Below, piece after piece: positions 32,757 through 42,621 of a stretch of DNA of 61,069 bases. Where the stretch lies: positions 1 through 61,069 of the IMG/VR virus record IMGVR_UViG_3300032315_000228. One strand, given 5' to 3'. The position numbers and the translations under genes are program-made. A model generated the notes under the pieces. That model was not told the origin of the DNA and made no database searches. It saw only the letters and a program-made list of their open reading frames with translations. This DNA is from a virus. Lineage: Duplodnaviria > Caudoviricetes. The stretch's first letter is position 1. The number at the start of each line of letters is the position of its first letter.

Positions 32757-34720
32757 CAAAACCATTTGACAGGATACTGACCATCGACTTTGAAACTCGG
32801 TGGGACAAGCGTGACTACACGCTATCCAAGATGACAACAGAGGAGTACATACGTGATAAAAGGTTCTTATCGTTCGGCGCTTGTGTCCATGAGTATGGAA
32901 GCACAGATGACATTAGCTGGGTTAGAGGAGCAGACCTACCTGAATTCTTTTCGGGAATTGACTGGGGACGGACAGCAGTGCTGGCGCATAACGCACAGTT
33001 CGATGTATCCATCCTTGAGTGGGTCTACGATTCTCACCCAGCCTTTATATTCGACACACTATCAATGGGACGCGCTCTTCGAGGCGTGGAAGTGGGGAAC
33101 AGTCTTGCGAAGCTGGCGCTCGACTTCGGACTTCAGCCAAAGGGAACGGCAGTACACAGCACTGATGGCCTCACATCAATATCGCCAGACATTGAAAAAG
33201 AACTCGCCGACTACTGTGCGCATGATGTGTACCTGTGCGAAGAAATTTTCAAGCGATTCATTGTTGGATACCCCAAATCCGAATTGCGTTTGATCGACAT
33301 GACGCTCAAGATGTACACACGACCGTACCTTGAGCTTGACAGCAAGATGCTTATCAAGGCACTGACAGAAGAAGGAGAAGCCCGTGAAAGTCTATTACAA
33401 AAGCTCGGCATACAGGAAACTGAACTTGCGTCGAACCCGAAGTTTGCTGCCATACTTGAAAGCCTCGGGGCTGTTGCCCCCACAAAAATTAGTAAAACTA
33501 CCGGCAAAGAAACACTCGCGCTGGCAAAAAACGACGCCCTCTTCCAAGCGTTGCTCAATGGTGAACGTGAGGATGTTGCCCTCCTTTGCGAAGCACGCCT
33601 TCGGGTTAAGTCAACGACTGAAAGAACCAGAGCCCAGCGCTTCCTCGATATATCCCAACGCGGCAAGCTACCTGTACCTTTATCGTATTACGGCGCTCTC
33701 TCGGGTCGCTGGACGGCGGCAAAGGGCAGCGCAATTAACATGCAAAACCTCAAGCGAGGCAGTTTCCTACGCAAAGCAATTATGGCTCCCGAGGGCTACC
33801 AGCTTGTTGTCGGTGACCTCTCACAGATTGAACCGCGAGTACTTGCGTGGCTTTCGGATTACCAAGATATGCTCAACATCTTCAGGTCAGGCGCTGACCC
33901 TTACGCGGCTTTCGGAGCGCAGATGTTTGACATACCCGGACTTACTAAGGAGTCTCATCCGGAGCTCCGTCAGTCTGCGAAAAGCGCCTTACTTGGTTGC
34001 GGCTACGGCTTGGGCTGGTCATCATTCGCGTCCCAGCTTCTCGTGGGGTTCCTCGGTGCGCCGCCGATCCGGTATGAAAGAGCCTTTGCAAAGGCGTTGA
34101 AAGTTAACCAAGAGATGGCCGAGCGCTTCTTGGAATGGTCTGAAACAGAGATCAAGCTAAGGGATATCCCACACACATGTAGCTATGCCGAGTTAGTGCA
34201 CCACGCTATCGCGGCCAAGCGCATCATTGATATATACCGTAACACGGCGTACCCTGTTGTGTCATTTTGGGACATGTGCTCTGACCTATTAGTGTCCGCG
34301 CTGGTCAACGGCAAGGAACACACCCACAAGTGCTTGACATTTAAGAAGGGTGCAATAGAATTGCCTAACGGGATGAGCTTGCTTTACCCCGATTTGCGCG
34401 AAATCAAAGACGAAAAAGGTAGGAGCCAGTGGGTATACGGGCCAAACGCTACCAAGTTGTATGCAGGGAAGATAACGAATAACGTAACACAGGCTGTTGC
34501 GCGTATTGTCATGACCGATGGAATGCTGCGGGTATCAAAGAGATACCCCGTGGTGGGAACAGTGCATGACGAGTTGATCGCGCTTGTGCCTGACAGTGAG
34601 GTCGAAGAAGCTAAGACTTGGGTCTTGGAGCAGATGACTATGGAGCCGAGTTATATGCCGGGGATACCCTTGGCCGCTGACGGTGGTGCACACCGTAGAT
34701 ATGGAGAAGCAAAGACATGA
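32753..34720 (+). CDS. polA: DNA polymerase family A with a 3'-5' exonuclease domain
   Basis: Exo IDFET and HNAQFD; motif A DLSQIEPR, motif B RQSAKSALLGCGYG, motif C VHDE. Confidence 0.95.
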   Translation: MTKPFDRILTIDFETRWDKRDYTLSKMTTEEYIRDKRFLSFGACVHEYGSTDDISWVRGADLPEFFSGIDWGRTAVLAHNAQFDVSILEWVYDSHPAFIFDTLSMGRALRGVEVGNSLAKLALDFGLQPKGTAVHSTDGLTSISPDIEKELADYCAHDVYLCEEIFKRFIVGYPKSELRLIDMTLKMYTRPYLELDSKMLIKALTEEGEARESLLQKLGIQETELASNPKFAAILESLGAVAPTKISKTTGKETLALAKNDALFQALLNGEREDVALLCEARLRVKSTTERTRAQRFLDISQRGKLPVPLSYYGALSGRWTAAKGSAINMQNLKRGSFLRKAIMAPEGYQLVVGDLSQIEPRVLAWLSDYQDMLNIFRSGADPYAAFGAQMFDIPGLTKESHPELRQSAKSALLGCGYGLGWSSFASQLLVGFLGAPPIRYERAFAKALKVNQEMAERFLEWSETEIKLRDIPHTCSYAELVHHAIAAKRIIDIYRNTAYPVVSFWDMCSDLLVSALVNGKEHTHKCLTFKKGAIELPNGMSLLYPDLREIKDEKGRSQWVYGPNATKLYAGKITNNVTQAVARIVMTDGMLRVSKRYPVVGTVHDELIALVPDSEVEEAKTWVLEQMTMEPSYMPGIPLAADGGAHRRYGEAKT

Positions 34721-35037
34721 CAGCAAGAACAAAAACACCCATACCCCGCCGCATCCGTGTCGGGACTAGACAGTACTCAGTTGACATCGTGGAGACCATG
34801 TTGCGTAAGCGGGACATGGCGCGGGTCTACTACGGCGATAAGAAGATCGAGCTTGGTCAGTTCAGTAATGTGACTGGCAAGAAGTTTGATGACGACCGAG
34901 TACAAGAGAACTTTTGGCACGAGGTAACGCACGCCATCCTGCACGACATGGGCGAACACAAGCTCAACAACAACGAGAAGTTTGTAGTTGAGTTTTCTAA
35001 GCGCCTATCTAAAGCAATTAAATCAGCGAGGTTCTAA
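34717..35037 (+). CDS. Small HExxH metallopeptidase-like protein
   Basis: FWHEVTHAIL...NEKFV. Confidence 0.7.
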   Translation: MTARTKTPIPRRIRVGTRQYSVDIVETMLRKRDMARVYYGDKKIELGQFSNVTGKKFDDDRVQENFWHEVTHAILHDMGEHKLNNNEKFVVEFSKRLSKAIKSARF

Positions 35038-35702
35038 TGAAAGCAGTAACGTGGAGTCACAGCGCACTGAAAGACTTTGAAGGATGCCCACGCAGGTATC
35101 ACGAAGTCAAGGTTCTCAACAACTTTCCTTTTCAGGAAACTGAGGCTACATATTACGGCAAAGAGTTTCACACCGCCGCTGAAGTTTATATCCGAGACAA
35201 CACACCCCTGCCCCCACAGTTTGGGTACGCCAAGGATGTACTCGATGCGCTGATCGCCAAGCCCGGCAGAAAGCTGTGTGAGCACGAGATGGGGTTGACC
35301 AAGGACTTACAACCTTGCGATTTCCACAGTAAAGACCGATGGGTTCGAGGCATTGCCGACCTACTTATCATTGATGACGAGAACCTTACAGCGTGGGTGG
35401 TGGACTACAAAACTGGCAACAATAAGTATCCCGACCGCGATCAGTTGAAGCTCATGTCTTTGATGGTATTCAAGCACTTCCCGCATATCAGGAAAGTCAA
35501 CTCAGCGTTGCTGTTCGTGGTTAAGAATGATATGGTTAAGCACAGCATGGCGGTGAGCGACGCGGATGCTGAGTGGTGGGATTACCGCGAGCGTGTGGCC
35601 AAGTTAGAAGCCTGTTTCGCATCCGGCGTATGGAACCCAAAGTCCTCTGCGCTGTGTCCGTGGTGCCCAGTTAAAACGTGTGAGTTCAATCCAAAACATT
35701 AA
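35037..35702 (+). CDS. PD-(D/E)XK (RecB/Cas4-like) exonuclease
   Basis: FEGCPR, GIADL, VDYKTG, QLKL, CPWCP...C. Confidence 0.9.
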   Translation: MKAVTWSHSALKDFEGCPRRYHEVKVLNNFPFQETEATYYGKEFHTAAEVYIRDNTPLPPQFGYAKDVLDALIAKPGRKLCEHEMGLTKDLQPCDFHSKDRWVRGIADLLIIDDENLTAWVVDYKTGNNKYPDRDQLKLMSLMVFKHFPHIRKVNSALLFVVKNDMVKHSMAVSDADAEWWDYRERVAKLEACFASGVWNPKSSALCPWCPVKTCEFNPKH

Positions 35703-35711
35703 AGGAAAATT

Positions 35712-36008
35712 ATGTCAGCTATAGAACCTAATCAACTTTCTCTTGGCAATGCAACACTATGTCATGTGTGCCACAAGCCCGTGGATGTAGCAGATTTTGC
35801 GGTAGAACATGACGGCCATGTAGGGATACGCAATCAAACATTTTCTGCTGAAGGGTACGGCCATATCATCATGCACGCAGAGTGTGCAACAGTGTTAGCA
35901 ATGCGCTTAATCCACGATGTAATGAAACAAAAAGAACGCAGCGTTCAAACCCCACTGCGTGTTGTAGAAACATTAGACAAAGTCAGAAAGGCAAACAATG
36001 GCTACTAA
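35712..36008 (+). CDS. Hypothetical Zn-binding protein
   Basis: CHVC...HAEC. Confidence 0.65.
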   Translation: MSAIEPNQLSLGNATLCHVCHKPVDVADFAVEHDGHVGIRNQTFSAEGYGHIIMHAECATVLAMRLIHDVMKQKERSVQTPLRVVETLDKVRKANNGY

Positions 36009-36240
36009 ACGAGTTAGAGATTACAAAGCGGAATATAAGCGTGACTTGGAGACAGGCAAGTCCGGCCCCGGCTCCGATCAATCAGAGCGCCAGCGAGCAC
36101 GCAAAGCGTATGACGCTAAAGGCATCAACCGCGCAGGTAAAGACATCGACCACATCAAGCCGCTAAGAGCAGGTGGTAAGTCCACGACAGGTAACTTGAG
36201 ACTGCGTGCAAAGAAAGCCAATCAAGGCGATAACAAATAA
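35998..36240 (+). CDS. Small HNH-motif protein
   Basis: DIDHIKPL..GG....NLR.....N...N. Confidence 0.75.
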   Translation: MATKRVRDYKAEYKRDLETGKSGPGSDQSERQRARKAYDAKGINRAGKDIDHIKPLRAGGKSTTGNLRLRAKKANQGDNK

Positions 36241-36257
36241 AACAATGGAGAAGCAAC

Positions 36258-37817
36258 TTGGAAATCCTTGAAGACAAGGCACTAATATTCAAAACTAGAA
36301 ACCCCGAAAAGTACAGCATCATTCCTAAACACAAAGTCATCGAACGTGATGACGGTGGATACGACGTCGCTGTTTACTGGGGTCTAGACGAATGTAGGGT
36401 GCTACGCAACCTAGGCGTAAAAGATGTGCCCTCGCCAATCACACGCAAGTACAAGTGGCCGGGTCGTTACAAACCTATGGCACATCAGGTGGAGACTGCG
36501 GCGTTCTTAACCATGCACCGCAAGGCGTTTGTGTTCTCAGAACCTGGCACTGGCAAGACACTTTCTGCACTGTGGGCGGCGGACTACTTGATGCAACGCG
36601 GTGAGGTACGCAGATGTTTAGTTCTTTGCCCACTATCCATCATGCAGTCTGCATGGCTGGCTGACCTGAGTAACAGCATCATCCATCGCTCTGCCGTTGT
36701 CGCGCACCACACGCAGGCTAGTCGCCGCATAGAGATGATTCAACAAGACTATGAGTTCGTTATTACCAACTACGATGGCTTGAACTTGATAGCTGACGAG
36801 ATCAACGCTGATGGCCGCTTCGACTTAGTTATTGTTGATGAAGCTAACGCATACAAGACCGTGACAACAAGAAGATGGAAGTCGTTGAAGTCAATCATCA
36901 AACCTAACACACACGTATGGATGATGACCGGCACACCTGCATCACAGTCACCAGCAGATGCCTATGGCTTGGCCAAGATCGTCAACCCCGATGGCGTACC
37001 CAACTTCTTCACAGCTTGGCGCGATAAGGTAATGAACAAGGTCACCCTGTACAAGTGGGCGGCAAAGGCAGACGCTGCAGAGCAAGTACACGAAGCACTA
37101 CAACCAGCCATACGATTCAGTAAAGCGCAGTGCCTTGACCTACCACCAGTATTAACGACTACCCGCAAAGTTCCGTTGACACCCCAGCAAGCCAAGTACT
37201 ACAACCTACTCAAAGACCGTATGTTGGTGCAAGCCGCAGGCGAGACGATCAGCGCAGTCAACGCTGCCGCTGGTGTGAGTAAGTTGTTGCAGATCAGTTG
37301 TGGCGCTGTATACACCGACGAGAAAGAAGTAGTTGAATTCGATGCCGCCCCACGTCTTGGTGTGCTGGAAGAAATATTAGAAGAGACCACACGCAAGGTG
37401 ATTATCTTTGCGCTATTTCGTTCCAGCATCGACACCATACAGGCACACCTGACCAAGAAGAACATTGCCAACGAGTGTATTCATGGTGGGATTACACCCA
37501 CCAAACGGTCAGACATCATCCACCGCTTTCAACATGAGCAAGACCCTCGCGTATTGGTAATGCAACCGCAGGCTACGGCGCACGGCATCACACTGACTGC
37601 GGCTGACACGGTAGTTTTCTTTGGCCCCCTGATGAGCGTGGAGCAGTACATCCAGTGCATTGCAAGGGCTGACCGCAAGGGACAGAACTCCGACAAGGTG
37701 ACTGTCATCCACATCCAAGGCTCTCCGATTGAGGCCAAGATGTTCAAAGCATTGGAGGGAAAGGTAAGTGAGAACTCACTTCTAACTCAAATGTTCGAGC
37801 TTGAAATAAATTCTTGA
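36258..37817 (+). CDS. SNF2-family SF2 helicase
   Basis: EPGTGKT, IVDEA, MTGTP, HGITLT, Q..ARADRKGQ; TTG start. Confidence 0.92.
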   Translation: MEILEDKALIFKTRNPEKYSIIPKHKVIERDDGGYDVAVYWGLDECRVLRNLGVKDVPSPITRKYKWPGRYKPMAHQVETAAFLTMHRKAFVFSEPGTGKTLSALWAADYLMQRGEVRRCLVLCPLSIMQSAWLADLSNSIIHRSAVVAHHTQASRRIEMIQQDYEFVITNYDGLNLIADEINADGRFDLVIVDEANAYKTVTTRRWKSLKSIIKPNTHVWMMTGTPASQSPADAYGLAKIVNPDGVPNFFTAWRDKVMNKVTLYKWAAKADAAEQVHEALQPAIRFSKAQCLDLPPVLTTTRKVPLTPQQAKYYNLLKDRMLVQAAGETISAVNAAAGVSKLLQISCGAVYTDEKEVVEFDAAPRLGVLEEILEETTRKVIIFALFRSSIDTIQAHLTKKNIANECIHGGITPTKRSDIIHRFQHEQDPRVLVMQPQATAHGITLTAADTVVFFGPLMSVEQYIQCIARADRKGQNSDKVTVIHIQGSPIEAKMFKALEGKVSENSLLTQMFELEINS

Positions 37818-37823
37818 AAGGAG

Positions 37824-37866
37824 TTGCAAAACAAACGTAAACGTGTAAACTGTCCAACCCTAGACA
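37824..37866 (+). promoter_or_regulatory. Possible promoter TTGCAA-16-TAAACT with dyad TGTCCAACCCTAGACA over the start site
   Basis: Dyad 37851-37866 matches the 21207 and 29504 copies. Confidence 0.5.
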
Positions 37867-37888
37867 AATAACATAACAGGAGAAGCAA

Positions 37889-38293
37889 ATGAGTGAAGAC
37901 TCAATCCCAATAGATAAACTGGTAAAGATTTACCGCAAGATCAAACTTGAAATCGACACGATGACCCAAGAGTACGACACCAAGTTGGAAGTACTCAAAG
38001 GCCAACAAGACGAAATCAAATTTGCACTGAAAGATCAGATGCAGGCACTCGGTGTCTCGTCTTTGAAGAGTCCCTTTGGGACTGTGTCCATGCGTCCAAC
38101 GAAACGCTACTCTACAAACGACTGGTCGTCTTTCAAGGAGTTCATCCTTGCACATGGCGCTATCGAGTTGTTGGAGAAGCGTATTGCACAGACCAACATG
38201 GTGCAGTTTCTTGAAGAGAACCCGGGGGTGTTACCACCGGGACTGAATTCCATTTCGGATTTCAACATTGTTATTACCAAACCAACCAAGTGA
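37889..38293 (+). CDS. Conserved replication-module hypothetical protein
   Basis: Coiled coil followed by GTVS...DWSSFKEFI...LLEKRI. Confidence 0.8.
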   Translation: MSEDSIPIDKLVKIYRKIKLEIDTMTQEYDTKLEVLKGQQDEIKFALKDQMQALGVSSLKSPFGTVSMRPTKRYSTNDWSSFKEFILAHGAIELLEKRIAQTNMVQFLEENPGVLPPGLNSISDFNIVITKPTK

Positions 38294-38300
38294 GTTTTAT

Positions 38301-39245
38301 ATGTCAAACATAACGCTTTTTTCGTCCGCAAACGTACCTGCATTCGCTCGTAACAACGAGTTGTCCGAAACCGCTAGAGCCCTCACAGGCGGCGGCGTAT
38401 CCAATAGCGTCAAGCGCATCTCCATCAAAGGCGGTGTGTTTCGCTTAGTAGCAGGCGGTAAGGAAGTTGCCGCTATTGATGAGCGCCATCTGAACGTCAT
38501 CATTGTGAAAGCTGCCCCCAAGGTCAGCCGCATCTTCTACGCGTCGTCCTACGATGCCGACAACATTGCTGGCCCTGACTGCTGGAGCAATGACGGTGAG
38601 CGCCCTGACCCATCCGCAGCAAAGAAGCAGTCTGACACTTGTATGAACTGCGCAAAGAACCAAGCCGGTTCTGGTCAAGGCAACAGCCGTGCTTGCCGTT
38701 ATCAACAGCGTTTGGCTGTGGTGTTGGCTAACAACCCTGAAGGAGACGTGATGCAGTTGACTCTGCCAGCGGCGTCAGTTTTTGGTAAGGAAGAAGGCGA
38801 CAAGCGCCCACTGCAAGCGTATGCACGTTACTTGGCAGTGCAGAACCCCCCTGTGAATCCTGAGCAGATCGTGACTGAGATGCGCTTTGATACTAAGGCG
38901 GAGTCCCCCAAGCTGTTCTTCAAGCCTGTGCGCTGGTTGACTGACGATGAGTACGAAATCATTAAGGCTCAAGGCGAGAGCGACGATGCCAAGCGCGCCG
39001 TTGTAATGACCGTGGCGCAGGGTGATGGCGTAAAAGCCAACACCCCCAAACTGGTGATGGCTGGCAAAGCCCCTGTGGTGGAAGTTGAGGAAGACGAGGC
39101 ACCTGTTGCTAAGAAAGCCAAAGCCGCGCCCGTTGCCGATGCTGACGATGAGCCTGAAATCCGCAAGGAAGCTGTGAAGCCGTCTGCTGTGCCTGCCAAG
39201 AAAGGCAAGTTAGCTGACATCGTGTCCGACTGGGATGATGAATAA
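38301..39245 (+). CDS. Putative single-stranded DNA-binding protein
   Basis: Zn motif (C...CMNC...C), acidic/aromatic C-terminal tail SDWDDE; replication context. Confidence 0.6.
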   Translation: MSNITLFSSANVPAFARNNELSETARALTGGGVSNSVKRISIKGGVFRLVAGGKEVAAIDERHLNVIIVKAAPKVSRIFYASSYDADNIAGPDCWSNDGERPDPSAAKKQSDTCMNCAKNQAGSGQGNSRACRYQQRLAVVLANNPEGDVMQLTLPAASVFGKEEGDKRPLQAYARYLAVQNPPVNPEQIVTEMRFDTKAESPKLFFKPVRWLTDDEYEIIKAQGESDDAKRAVVMTVAQGDGVKANTPKLVMAGKAPVVEVEEDEAPVAKKAKAAPVADADDEPEIRKEAVKPSAVPAKKGKLADIVSDWDDE

Positions 39246-39275
39246 ATAGGAGAAGGGGGCTTCGGCCCCCGCACT

Positions 39276-39554
39276 ATGGCCTACTCACAAAAAACAATTG
39301 ACGCGATCATGCGAGCACCCAAGACTTCAGGCAACCAGCTTGGACGATGGGCGGCGCATCACAACTTCTCAGTTGTTCGCATCTCAAAAGCCTTGGGCGT
39401 GTCCCGACAGACGGTCTACAACTGGTTTGAGGGTGGTGACATCTTCCCAGCGTATGAACACCGAGTCGAGACGCTTCTCACAATTCTTAGATCAGCACAT
39501 TCAGCGGACGACGCATGGAGAAAAATATGTCAGCATTACAACCTCGCACCTTAA
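39276..39554 (+). CDS. Cro/Xre-like HTH regulator
   Basis: SVVRISKALGVSRQTVYNWFEG. Confidence 0.85.
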   Translation: MAYSQKTIDAIMRAPKTSGNQLGRWAAHHNFSVVRISKALGVSRQTVYNWFEGGDIFPAYEHRVETLLTILRSAHSADDAWRKICQHYNLAP

Positions 39555-39715
39555 GCAACGCAGAACTCATCAAGTACTTTGCTATATACATGGACAACAA
39601 AGACTTTGGCGCTCCCATTGAATGGCAACATGAACTACTACGCCGCTTCACTGCAATAGCCACCGACCACGCTTACCCCGTGAAAGACGAGCGCCAACTC
39701 GACCTGTTCATCTAA
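39527..39715 (+). CDS. Hypothetical protein
   Basis: SD TGGAGAA; QLDLF clamp-binding-like C-terminus. Confidence 0.6.
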   Translation: MSALQPRTLSNAELIKYFAIYMDNKDFGAPIEWQHELLRRFTAIATDHAYPVKDERQLDLFI

Positions 39716-39729
39716 CCCGAAGGATTCCC

Positions 39730-42621
39730 ATGACTCCGCTTGAATTTCTAGCGGTGGTTTTGCCGTCTCCGGATAACGGGTTGTACTGCGCGGCAGAGCT
39801 AACTACAAAGAAGAAAGAACACACGTTTGTTCAAAAGATTGAGGAGATAGAGCCAACCGTAGGTAAGTGGGTTACACAGAACAAGGACATCTATTTTGCG
39901 TTGTCCACGTTTGAGAAGTCGGGTAAGCGCACGGCAGAAAACGCACGTTTCATCCGGTCTTTGTTCATTGATATGGATGGGTACGCTTCCAAGAAGGAAG
40001 CTGCCCTTGCGTTAGATGGATTCCTTGCCAAGACAGGTATTGATCTACTGGGTAGCCCATACATTGTGAGTTCCGGTGGCGGACTGCACTGCTACTGGCC
40101 GTTCACGGAAGATGTGGAGGTTGGTGAATGGAAGCCTGTTGCCGAGAACTTTAAGCGCCTGTGTAGACAAGAAGCCTTGCGTATTGACATGACGGTGACC
40201 GCAGATGCGGCGAGAGTGTTACGTGTGCCTGAGACTTTCAACAACAAGGCCAAATACGCTACGCCGCGCCCAGTGCGCATACTAGCCGAGGGCGATACGT
40301 TTGACTTCAACGACTTAGCCAACCACATTGAGAGTCAGCTTGTCTCTTTGCCTGCGCTCCCGCGCCAGCAGAATACGCTTGCGTTGCCCGGCCAACGCCC
40401 TGATGTGCCCCACACCCCCACCACGGTCAAGCTGTTTGAGAACAGTATCACGCTGTTCAAGAACATCTACAAGAAGACCAAGGACGGCACAGGCTGCGAC
40501 CAGCTTCGGTACTACGCTGAGAACGCCGCCGAGGATGGCGTGGAACCTATGTGGCGTGGGTGGTTGAGCATCGCGCAGAAGTGTCAGGATGGGGAGAAGG
40601 CCGCAGTGTGGTTGAGTGACCTGCACCCCTACCCGCATGAGCGCATGCATCAGAAGCTGGCCGAGATCAAGGGGCCGTACCCTTGCACAAAGTTTGACTC
40701 AGAGAACCCCGGCATTTGTGACGGGTGTCCACATTGGGGGAAGATCACCAACCCGCTGGCGCTTGGGCGTGAGACGGCGGTAGTCACCGCTGAAACAACC
40801 ATCGAGTTGCCTGCCGTTGAAGGACAAGAAGCCAAACAGTTGATGCGCCCTGAAGCACCCCGAGGCTACGCCTACGGCATACGAGGCGGCGTGTTCATGG
40901 AGAAGGAAGACACAGACGCTAACGGTCAAGTCACCAAGCGTCAGATCATGCTGTTGCCCTACGACATGTTTCCTGTGGATATCCTGAACCATAACGGTGA
41001 ACATCTTGTGCATATGTTGGCGGTTCGTGACTACAAGGTGCAGGCCATATCGTTCCCACAGAAAGCCGTGGTCAGCAAGGACGAGACAGTCAAGGCGCTG
41101 GCTCAGCAGAACGTCTTGGCTACATTTGGTTCGGGCAACGACAAGAACCTGTACGACTACGTGCGTGCTTGCGTAGAGAAGATGAGTAGCGAGAAGAAAC
41201 CAATCGAAGTGCCCGACCACTGCGGCTGGCAACCAAACGACACCTATGTTTGGGGCGGAAAGATTTACTCTCCGAATAAAGAGCCCATCGAGGTGCCGAT
41301 GCCCGGCCTTGAAAACATCACGATGAACGCCAAACCCACCGGTACTATGGAGAACTGGCGCAGGTTCATCGACCTGCTGGTGCGTAGGAAACTATGGGAT
41401 CACTTAGCCATCATTCTCGTAGGCGCTGGCTCACCGTTGATGCGCTTCACAGGGCTACACGGCTTGACTTTCCACTGCGCCTCAACCGACTCGGGTACTG
41501 GTAAATCGCTGGCGCTAGAAGGTGCGGCATCTATATGGGGTCACCCTACCCACTACCGTACAGGTGCTGGTACTTCTGCTGTTGCAATGCAACAAAGGCT
41601 TGGCCTACTGCACAGTAACCCGCTGATTACGGATGAGATCACCAGCAGGAACCGTGAGGGGTTTGAGTGGTTCCCTGCATTCCTGCTTAGTATGACCGAG
41701 GGGCGCGGCAAAGAACGCATGGAGTCTGGAGCCAACAAAGAACGCTTGAACCTGTCTACATGGGCAGCGATGGCGATCATGTCGTCAAACACCCACGTCG
41801 TTGATAACTTGACTGGCGCACGCAAGCACGCTTCTGAGGGAGAGCTTCGCCGCGTGATTGAATACCTCATGGACGACAAGCTGTATTGGGATGCGGACGA
41901 GATCGAGATCATCAAGGCTTTAAGTAATAACTATGCCGTGGCTGGTGATGTCTTAGTGCAGTACATGGTTGACAACTTTGAAATGGTTAAGACGTTGGTG
42001 CCGCAGACTGTGCGTCAAATGTATACCGAGTACAAGGCTCCCAATGACGAGCGGTTCTGGATGGCAGGTGTTGGTTGCGCCATAGCCGCCGGTATCTTGA
42101 TGAACAGAGAACACGCAGGCATTGCCGAGTTCCCCTTGGTAGAGATCATCGAGAGTTTCCGCAAGCGTATCAACCACCAGCGCGGTTCTATCAAAGGGAG
42201 TTACCGCAACGCCGAGGACGTGCTCAACGCGTTCGTGCAGGAATACCAAGGCAAGTTTGTGGTGGTGCGCTTTGGTGAGAAAGCTGGCCCACTGGCGCAC
42301 TTGGGGGATGGCTCGATGGTGGACAAGAACACCACACGCGCAGAAGTTATGGGGCGGGTCGAGCACGGCGTAACCGCAGGGCATGTGGACTTCTTCATCG
42401 AAGAGCGTATGCTCAAGTCATTCTGTTCCAACATGAGCTTTGGTTATGCCAACTTCAAGCGTTATCTTGAAACGCAGTTTACGGTGTCGTATATAGCCAA
42501 GAAAGATATGATGGCTAAGACTAGCGCCCCGCCCATGCGTGTGACTGCCATGAAGATCAGCCGCTCTGTGACGGAAGAAGATGAAACGCTTATCAATCAA
42601 GTACCCTTGGCAAAAGACTGA
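39730..42621 (+). CDS. Primase-polymerase fused to a DUF927-type helicase
   Basis: FIDMD, SGGGLHCYW, RVLRVPETFN; Cys cluster; Walker A DSGTGKS and ITDE. Confidence 0.85.
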   Translation: MTPLEFLAVVLPSPDNGLYCAAELTTKKKEHTFVQKIEEIEPTVGKWVTQNKDIYFALSTFEKSGKRTAENARFIRSLFIDMDGYASKKEAALALDGFLAKTGIDLLGSPYIVSSGGGLHCYWPFTEDVEVGEWKPVAENFKRLCRQEALRIDMTVTADAARVLRVPETFNNKAKYATPRPVRILAEGDTFDFNDLANHIESQLVSLPALPRQQNTLALPGQRPDVPHTPTTVKLFENSITLFKNIYKKTKDGTGCDQLRYYAENAAEDGVEPMWRGWLSIAQKCQDGEKAAVWLSDLHPYPHERMHQKLAEIKGPYPCTKFDSENPGICDGCPHWGKITNPLALGRETAVVTAETTIELPAVEGQEAKQLMRPEAPRGYAYGIRGGVFMEKEDTDANGQVTKRQIMLLPYDMFPVDILNHNGEHLVHMLAVRDYKVQAISFPQKAVVSKDETVKALAQQNVLATFGSGNDKNLYDYVRACVEKMSSEKKPIEVPDHCGWQPNDTYVWGGKIYSPNKEPIEVPMPGLENITMNAKPTGTMENWRRFIDLLVRRKLWDHLAIILVGAGSPLMRFTGLHGLTFHCASTDSGTGKSLALEGAASIWGHPTHYRTGAGTSAVAMQQRLGLLHSNPLITDEITSRNREGFEWFPAFLLSMTEGRGKERMESGANKERLNLSTWAAMAIMSSNTHVVDNLTGARKHASEGELRRVIEYLMDDKLYWDADEIEIIKALSNNYAVAGDVLVQYMVDNFEMVKTLVPQTVRQMYTEYKAPNDERFWMAGVGCAIAAGILMNREHAGIAEFPLVEIIESFRKRINHQRGSIKGSYRNAEDVLNAFVQEYQGKFVVVRFGEKAGPLAHLGDGSMVDKNTTRAEVMGRVEHGVTAGHVDFFIEERMLKSFCSNMSFGYANFKRYLETQFTVSYIAKKDMMAKTSAPPMRVTAMKISRSVTEEDETLINQVPLAKD

